From assembly GCA_043815885.1 (NCBI GenBank), contig JBDRIL010000006.1:1-12967 (forward strand): 12,967 bases of DNA, given 5' to 3'. Positions 1-5,387 of this stretch are shown here, in pieces. The DNA is from an archaeon. Lineage in GTDB: Archaea; Iainarchaeota; Iainarchaeia; Iainarchaeales; 1-14-0-10-31-34. The notes beneath the pieces are model-generated. The model did not search any database. It had not been told where the DNA came from and worked only from the letters and a program-made list of their open reading frames with translations. Both the position numbers and the translations under genes were made by a program. Within the stretch, counting starts at the first letter, position 1, and each line of letters begins with the position of its first letter.

Positions 1-323
1 TAGAAAAAATAATAGGGGGCAAAGTTAAAAAGATTGAGTCATTAAAAAAACCAAAAGAAGCCTCTTTGCCTGTAAAAGTGGAAAAATCTTTTTTAGCCCC
101 ATTAATTGGATTAGCTGCTTTAATTTTTATAGCGCTCTCCATTTTTGAATTAGTCAACTATTATTTTACTGGATCATTAGAGACTTCCTCTCGCATGAGT
201 TTTTACCAAGAACTTTTCTACAATTATCTAGATCTTATCTTTATTTTAGGCACGGTAGTTATCATAATTGCATTTATCTTCAAGTACCGAAAGAAAATAA
301 AAGAAATAATATTGCCTTCTTGA
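1..323 (+). CDS. Hypothetical membrane protein, 3' part (5'-truncated by window edge), two C-terminal TM helices
   Basis: The frame of track ORF 66..323 is open from base 3 (EKIIGGKVKKIESLKKPKEASLPVKV...), so TTG 66 is probably not the start. Two hydrophobic stretches (FLAPLIGLAALIFIALSIF; LIFILGTVVIIIAFIF) followed by a basic tail. Confidence 0.75.
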   Translation, partial: EKIIGGKVKKIESLKKPKEASLPVKVEKSFLAPLIGLAALIFIALSIFELVNYYFTGSLETSSRMSFYQELFYNYLDLIFILGTVVIIIAFIFKYRKKIKEIILPS

Positions 324-336
324 AAGCTTTTTAATA
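322..336 (+). promoter_or_regulatory. Archaeal BRE/TATA promoter of the mae-fum-dhs operon (leaderless or very short leader)
   Basis: GAAAG-C-TTTTTAATA ends about 25 nt upstream of ATG 362. Confidence 0.6.
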
Positions 337-361
337 CATTTTCTTCAAAGAATAATGTGAA

Positions 362-1531
362 ATGACTCTCGAAAAAGAATCCATTGAATTGCATGAAAAG
401 CTAAAGGGAAAGCTGGAAGTAAATTCAAAGGTAAAGGTAGATTCACAGAAAATGCTTTCTCTTGCCTACACTCCTGGAGTGGCAGAGCCATGCAAAGTGA
501 TTCAATCCTCTCCGGAAAAACTATTTGATTATACGATCAAATGGAATACTGTTGCAGTAATAACCGATGGAAGCGCAGTACTGGGCTTAGGAAATATTGG
601 CGCAGAGGCCTCTCTCCCAGTAATGGAAGGAAAATGCCTTTTATTCAAGGAATTCGCTGGATTAAATGCATTCCCTATTGCAATTAAAAGCCAGGAAACA
701 AAGGAAATCATTTCAACAATAAAAAACATTTCCCCAATCTTTGGAGGAATTAATTTAGAGGATATTTCCTCTCCAAGATGCTTTGAAATAGAGGAAGCAT
801 TATTTGATTTAAATATTCCTGTAATGCATGACGACCAGCACGGGGCAGCAATAGTCACTCTTGCCGCACTAGAGACTGCAGTAAAGGGAGTGAAAAAAGA
901 ATTGAGCGAAGTAAGAATTGTAATTAACGGAATTGGCGCAGCAGGAACAGGAATAACAAAACTCCTGCTTTCAAAAGAATTAACTCCAAGAGAATTAATT
1001 TTAGTTGACAGGGAAGGAGTATTATTTGAAGGAAAACCAGGAATGCTTAAACACCATGAAGAATTAACAAAACTTACAAACAAGAAAAAAGTAAAAGGAA
1101 CACTGAAAGATGCATTAATTGATGCAGATGTATTCATTGGAGTTTCAGTTGCAGGAATTGTTTCAAAAGAGATGGTTTCATCAATGAATAAAAAAGCAAT
1201 AATTTTTGCTCTAGCCAATCCAATTCCAGAGATTTCTCCGGAAGAAGCATTTAAGGGAGGAGCAGAAGTGGTTGCAACAGGAAGAAGCGATCTTCCAAAC
1301 CAGGTAAATAATCTCCTTGCATTCCCAGGAGTATTTAAGGGAGCATTAGAAGCAAGAGCCACTTCCATTAACCAAGAAATGAAGCTGGCAGCAGTAAAAG
1401 CCCTTTCCTCCTGCATTAAAACTCCGTCCAAAAACAACTTCATTCCAAATGCACTGGATAAAAAAATCGCTCTAAAAGTAGCAGAAGAAGTAAAGAATGC
1501 AGCAATAAATTCCGGGACAGTGAGAAAATGA
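362..1531 (+). CDS. mae: NAD(P)-dependent malic enzyme (short prokaryotic type, no PTA domain)
   Basis: Motifs LAYTPGVAEPC, TDGSAVLGLGNIG, PVMEGK, GGINLEDI, HDDQHG, GIGAAG (Rossmann), FALANP, ATGRSD, NQVNN; 389 aa. Confidence 0.97.
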   Translation: MTLEKESIELHEKLKGKLEVNSKVKVDSQKMLSLAYTPGVAEPCKVIQSSPEKLFDYTIKWNTVAVITDGSAVLGLGNIGAEASLPVMEGKCLLFKEFAGLNAFPIAIKSQETKEIISTIKNISPIFGGINLEDISSPRCFEIEEALFDLNIPVMHDDQHGAAIVTLAALETAVKGVKKELSEVRIVINGIGAAGTGITKLLLSKELTPRELILVDREGVLFEGKPGMLKHHEELTKLTNKKKVKGTLKDALIDADVFIGVSVAGIVSKEMVSSMNKKAIIFALANPIPEISPEEAFKGGAEVVATGRSDLPNQVNNLLAFPGVFKGALEARATSINQEMKLAAVKALSSCIKTPSKNNFIPNALDKKIALKVAEEVKNAAINSGTVRK

Positions 1532-2391
1532 ATTTAACTGATTCAATAATTGAATTGTATAAACGAACTTCAATCTTCCTGCCTGAAGATGTAAAAAAAG
1601 AAATAATGAAAGCAGAAAAAAAGGAAAAAAATCCTTTAGCAAAAAATGCAATGAATTCAATCCTCGAAAACATTAAAATTGCGGAAAAGAAAAAAATTCC
1701 CTTATGCGGCGATACAGGTTTGCCTGCTTTTTTCATTTCCCATCCAAAAGAATCCGATCAAGAAAAATTAAGAGAATCAATCCTAAATGCAACAGCAATT
1801 GCAACAAAAAAAAATTGTCTCCGGCCAAATGCAGTTGATTCCCTTACAGGAAAAAATTCCGGTACAGGAACAGGAAAAGGAATTCCTTCCCTTTATTTCC
1901 AGCAATGGAATTCTCCTTCAATAAAAATTGATTTACTCCTAAAGGGAGGCGGAAGCGAAAACATTGGAAGAACCTATTCACTTCCAAATGAAGAATTAAA
2001 TGCAGAGAGAAATCTGGATGGAGTAAGGAAATGCGTATTGGATGCAGTGGTAAAAGCCCAGGGAATGGGCTGCCCTCCAAGCATAATTTCAGTAGTAGTG
2101 GGCGGCTCAAAAGACGCAATTGCAATTGAATCAAAAAAATTATTCCTGGAAAAATTAAGCAAAAAAAATAAAAATCCAAAATTAGCTTTATTTGAAAAAA
2201 AATTGCTTGAAGAAATCAATTCTACTGGAATTGGGCCAATTGGAATAGGAGGAAGTTCTACTGCTCTTGCATTAAAAACCAAATTCCTCTCAAGGCATCC
2301 AGCAACTTTTTTTGTAGAGGTCGCCTTCTCCTGCTGGTGTGACAGAAGAACTTCTCTTGAATGGAAAAACGGAGCAGCAAAGTATGAGTGA
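1528..2391 (+). CDS. fumA: Class I (Fe-S) fumarate hydratase/tartrate dehydratase family, alpha subunit
   Basis: PLCGDTG (C-x-DTG), LRPNAV, KGGGSEN, GCPP, GIGPIGIGG, RHPA, C-terminal SCW; ATGA overlap with the malic enzyme stop. Confidence 0.93.
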   Translation: MNLTDSIIELYKRTSIFLPEDVKKEIMKAEKKEKNPLAKNAMNSILENIKIAEKKKIPLCGDTGLPAFFISHPKESDQEKLRESILNATAIATKKNCLRPNAVDSLTGKNSGTGTGKGIPSLYFQQWNSPSIKIDLLLKGGGSENIGRTYSLPNEELNAERNLDGVRKCVLDAVVKAQGMGCPPSIISVVVGGSKDAIAIESKKLFLEKLSKKNKNPKLALFEKKLLEEINSTGIGPIGIGGSSTALALKTKFLSRHPATFFVEVAFSCWCDRRTSLEWKNGAAKYE

Positions 2392-2974
2392 AAAAATAAT
2401 CAGGTTAAGGACTCCTCTAAATGAAGAAGAAATAAGGGAATTAAATTCCGGAGAAATGGTTGAATTAAGCGGAACAATCTTCCTTGCAAGAGACAGGGCG
2501 CATAAATTGCTCTCGGAAAAAACTCTTCCTGAATTCCGGAAAACACTGAATGCTTCTGCAATCTACCATTGCGGGCCGATTGCAAAAAAGGAAGGGAAGA
2601 AATGGAAAATTATTTCTGCAGGACCAACTACAAGCTCCAGAATGGAACCATATGAATCAGAAATAATAAAGAATTACGGAGTAAAGGCAATTATTGGAAA
2701 GGGAGGAATGAAGGAAGGCACTCTCCGCGCATTAATGGAGTTCAATGCAGTTTACCTTCTCGCTGTAGGAGGGGCTTCTGCCTTGCTTGCAGAAAAAATC
2801 GTGAAGGTAAAAAATGTTTTTTTCCTCAAAGAATTCGGAATCCCGGAAGCAGTGTGGGAAGTAGAAGTAAAAAACTTTCCTTCAATTGTTTCAATGGATT
2901 CAAAAGGAGAGAGTTTGCATAAGGAAGTGCTGCATAATTCAATTCAAAAATTCAAGGAGCTGCTTGAAAAATGA
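2384..2974 (+). CDS. fumB: Class I fumarate hydratase family, beta subunit
   Basis: ARDRAH, IYHCGP, AGPTTSSRM, IIGKGGM, GIPEAVW, MDSKG. Likely start ATG 2384 (MSEKIIRLRTPL), overlapping the alpha-subunit end, rather than the track's 2339. Confidence 0.93.
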   Translation: MSEKIIRLRTPLNEEEIRELNSGEMVELSGTIFLARDRAHKLLSEKTLPEFRKTLNASAIYHCGPIAKKEGKKWKIISAGPTTSSRMEPYESEIIKNYGVKAIIGKGGMKEGTLRALMEFNAVYLLAVGGASALLAEKIVKVKNVFFLKEFGIPEAVWEVEVKNFPSIVSMDSKGESLHKEVLHNSIQKFKELLEK

Positions 2975-3937
2975 AGGAAATGGAAGAAAAATTTGATATA
3001 GTGAAACAGGTTTCCTGCAGGGAAAAAATGACTGTAAATGAATTAATCCAGGAAATGAATGCTTCAGGAGTGATGGGCGCAGGAAAGTTGGCTAGAGCAG
3101 TATCTATTTACGAAGCAATGATCAGGGACAGGGAATGCAAGAAGTTCTTTGGCTTGGCAGGAGCAATGGTTCCAGGCGGAATGAAGAATGTAGTAATTGA
3201 TTTAATGGAAAAACACTGGATTGATGTACTAGTAACTACCGGGGCAAACCTTACGCATGATTTAATTGAAGCATTAGGCTTCCATCATTTTCAGGGAACG
3301 CATTGCGTTGACGACAGAATTCTTCATAAAAAAGGAATTGACAGAATGTATGACTCCTACATGAAAGGAGATGTGTATGAAAAACTGGAGGAATTCTGCC
3401 TGAAAGCATTCAAGGAAATGCCCAGAAAAATGACTATAAGAGAATTTCTCTGGGAATTGGGAAAAAGAACTCCCACTTCCCACACTAAATCCATTCTCCA
3501 CACTGCATATAAAGAAAAAATCCCCATATTCTGCCCTGCAATATCTGATTCAGGAATCGGTTTAATGGTTTGGAATGAAAAAATTGCTAAGAAAGGAGAA
3601 GCAGGAATTGAGGTTGATGCATTTGATGACTTAAAAGAAATAATGAATCTTTCCTGGGGGAGAGAAAGGAAAACAAAAATTAGGGTCAGTAATAATTGGA
3701 GGCGGAACCCCAAAAAATTTTATTGTCCAAAGCTTTCAATTCTCTCCAAACAAGGCTTCCTATGCAATCCAGATTACAATGGACAGGCCGGAACACGGCG
3801 GAAGCAGCGGAGCAGAACCAAGAGAAGCAATTTCCTGGGGGAAACTGCATGAAAAAGCCAATTACGTTAATGTAATCTGTGATGCAACTATTGCTTTGCC
3901 GATAATCTGTGCTGCACTAAAAGAAAGAATAAAATAA
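2971..3937 (+). CDS. dhs: Deoxyhypusine synthase, interrupted by a +1 frameshift between ~3635 and ~3683
   Basis: Frame 0 has GLAGAMVPGG, VTTGANLTHD, GIDRMYD, PIFCPAISDSGIG. The +1 frame from 3662 reads EKGKQKLGSVIIGGGTPKNF...YAIQITMDRPEHGGSSGAEPREAISWGK...VICDATIALP...ERIK* (TAA 3935-3937), with the catalytic Lys of EAxSWGK at 3842-3844. Removing one base gives 321 aa. Confidence 0.92.
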
Positions 3938-3940
3938 ATT

Positions 3941-4318
3941 TCATGACTGAACCATTTTTTGCAGTTTTCCTGAAGCAGAAAAAATGAAACTAGCCAGAAC
4001 TATTAGGTAAAGCATTAAAGAAAGGAGATAGTAAACAAAAGAGCCAGGCCCTAAAATTATAATAATGATTAGAAGGGTTAACCCCAGATATTTTCCAATC
4101 ATTATTTCTGTTCCATTAAAGATAATCCATGCAAGAACAAGGTATTGGGCGAGAAAGAAATCAAATACATTCGTTAGAATCAAGAAACCGGCAACAATGA
4201 TTGTGAGATGAAGCCTGCTTAACTTTCCGGGGCGAATGTAATAGATAACAATAATCAGCCATATCAGTATCTGTGCATAGAATTCGAAATGCTTAAGGAA
4301 TTCTCCAACTAAATCCAT
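3941..4318 (-). CDS. Small multi-pass membrane protein of unknown function (paralog A)
   Basis: 125 aa, almost entirely hydrophobic; aligns without gaps to 4369..4728; own TATA-like ATATAAAG (4350-4343) about 25 nt upstream. Confidence 0.85.
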   Translation of the reverse strand: MDLVGEFLKHFEFYAQILIWLIIVIYYIRPGKLSRLHLTIIVAGFLILTNVFDFFLAQYLVLAWIIFNGTEIMIGKYLGLTLLIIIIILGPGSFVYYLLSLMLYLIVLASFIFSASGKLQKMVQS

Positions 4319-4368
4319 GGCTCAGATAATTAGTAAACCCAGCTTTATATTTTTTACCTAAAAAGCTA

Positions 4369-4728
4369 CTACATCTTATTAAAAGCAGCTGCCACAAAAG
4401 AAGCAAACACAGATATATGAATAGCAATTGCAAGCAAAATAAACGGAAATGAATACGGTTCAAGGAATAAAAGCAATATCAATAGACTTATGTTGAATGC
4501 CCTGCCAGTCCAGATTTCCACTCCATGAAATGCAAGCCATGCAAGCACAAACCACCAAGCCATAAAGAAATCAAAAACAGTGGATATAACCAGAAATCCG
4601 CTAACAAGAACTATGAATTTCCCTCTGTTTAATGGTTTTGGATTCAAATAAAAAACAGTTATAATTATGAAAACCAACACAGCCATTAAGTATTTGTAGT
4701 AAGCCATGAAGTCTGTAATAAGGTCCAT
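4369..4728 (-). CDS. Small multi-pass membrane protein of unknown function (paralog B)
   Basis: 119 aa from ATG 4728 (MDLITDF matches MDLVGEF of paralog A, so preferred over TTG 4743); shared GFL...VFDFFxA...VLAW..FxGxEI. Confidence 0.85.
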   Translation of the reverse strand: MDLITDFMAYYKYLMAVLVFIIITVFYLNPKPLNRGKFIVLVSGFLVISTVFDFFMAWWFVLAWLAFHGVEIWTGRAFNISLLILLLFLEPYSFPFILLAIAIHISVFASFVAAAFNKM

Positions 4729-4799
4729 AATGCAATCAAACAAGTCCCGGTTATGTATAACTATTATGTATAGAAATATTTAAATATGGAATTAGGGCA

Positions 4800-4829
4800 T
4801 TACTTAATCTTTCCAACAACCAGCCTGTT
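4800..4829 (-). repeat. Displaced duplicate of the ATPase 3' end; contains a 13-bp direct repeat copy (4809-4821)
   Basis: CTTTCCAACAACC occurs at 4809-4821 and 5397-5409. On the minus strand the copy reads NRLVVGKIK*, versus the ATPase end VSWVVGKVR*. Confidence 0.8.
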
Positions 4830-4830
4830 T

Positions 4831-5106
4831 TCATCGGTATATTTTGTCATGGTGGTCGTAGTCTTCTATTATTATTGTTTTTTCTTTCTCGTTTATTGAG
4901 TAAATGAGTACAAACGGCCCGAATGTATGGACTCTTCTTTTTCCCTGCATTGGTTTTCTTAGTGGCTTGAACCAGTAGGGAGTTTCCATAATCTGTTTGA
5001 TTTTATTTTTCACTGTTCTTTCTTGTAATGGATCTTTTTTTGCTATTTTTTCAAATACTTTTTCCACGTGCTTTCTGATTTCCAATTCGTATTCCAAGGA
5101 AATCAT
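4831..5106 (-). CDS. Type II toxin, RelE/ParE superfamily (archaeal RelE/YafQ-like mRNA interferase)
   Basis: 91 aa, basic; FKPLRKPMQGKRRVH, FVLIY, C-terminal DYDHHDKIY; ATGA overlap with the antitoxin stop. Confidence 0.88.
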   Translation of the reverse strand: MISLEYELEIRKHVEKVFEKIAKKDPLQERTVKNKIKQIMETPYWFKPLRKPMQGKRRVHTFGPFVLIYSINEKEKTIIIEDYDHHDKIYR

Positions 5107-5345
5107 CTCTTGCGAAGCTTTTTGAAGTATTCATCAATGTCCTTGACCTTAACGGTTTTTTCTTTTTCGATTTTTCTCAGTTTTTCTACATACTCTGGCC
5201 TTAGTTCTGGTTCAAGCAATTCATGTTCGTATTCCTCAGCCATTTTATTGATTGCCTGGCTTTTGTCTCTGAACCCATATTTAGCTTTAACTATATTAAT
5301 CACTCTGTTGGCCTCTACATCCAACTTCACAATCGCAGTAGGCAT
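5103..5345 (-). CDS. Antitoxin, DUF2683-like family
   Basis: 80 aa; NRVINIVKAKYGFRDKSQAIN and LLEPELRPEYVEKL resemble DUF2683 proteins (from memory of the family); directly upstream of the toxin; GGTGA SD at 5354-5350. Confidence 0.85.
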   Translation of the reverse strand: MPTAIVKLDVEANRVINIVKAKYGFRDKSQAINKMAEEYEHELLEPELRPEYVEKLRKIEKEKTVKVKDIDEYFKKLRKR

Positions 5346-5350
5346 ATTAT

Positions 5351-5385
5351 CACCATATTAATATGGTGTTAATACGGTATTAAAA
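5351..5385 (-). promoter_or_regulatory. TA promoter with two adjacent palindromic operators
   Basis: Perfect 18-bp palindrome CACCATATTAATATGGTG (5351-5368), then TTAATAC-G-GTATTAA (5369-5383) overlapping the minus-strand TATA-like TTTTAATA (5385-5378). Confidence 0.75.
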
Positions 5386-5387
5386 GT

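Noticed and set aside
529..1443. 304-aa antisense ORF
   Set aside because: Shadow of the malic enzyme on the opposite strand; no motifs.
1440..3713. Short minus-strand ORFs within the fum/dhs operon
   Set aside because: Fully overlap well-supported plus-strand genes; Phe/Leu/Ser-rich composition expected from antisense of A-rich coding DNA.
3650..3842. Possible 181-nt intron in dhs between the 12-bp repeats
   Set aside because: The interval encodes conserved DHS motifs (GGGTPK, GGSSGA) and no bulge-helix-bulge is evident.
3684..3852. Frame-0 tail of the track's 293-aa dhs ORF
   Set aside because: Not DHS-like; the conserved C-terminus is in the +1 frame.
3941..4728. Assignment of the membrane pair to Fluc/CrcB or SMR
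   Set aside because: No GxxGxxTTFS motif, no SMR TM1 Glu motif, no opposite charge bias.
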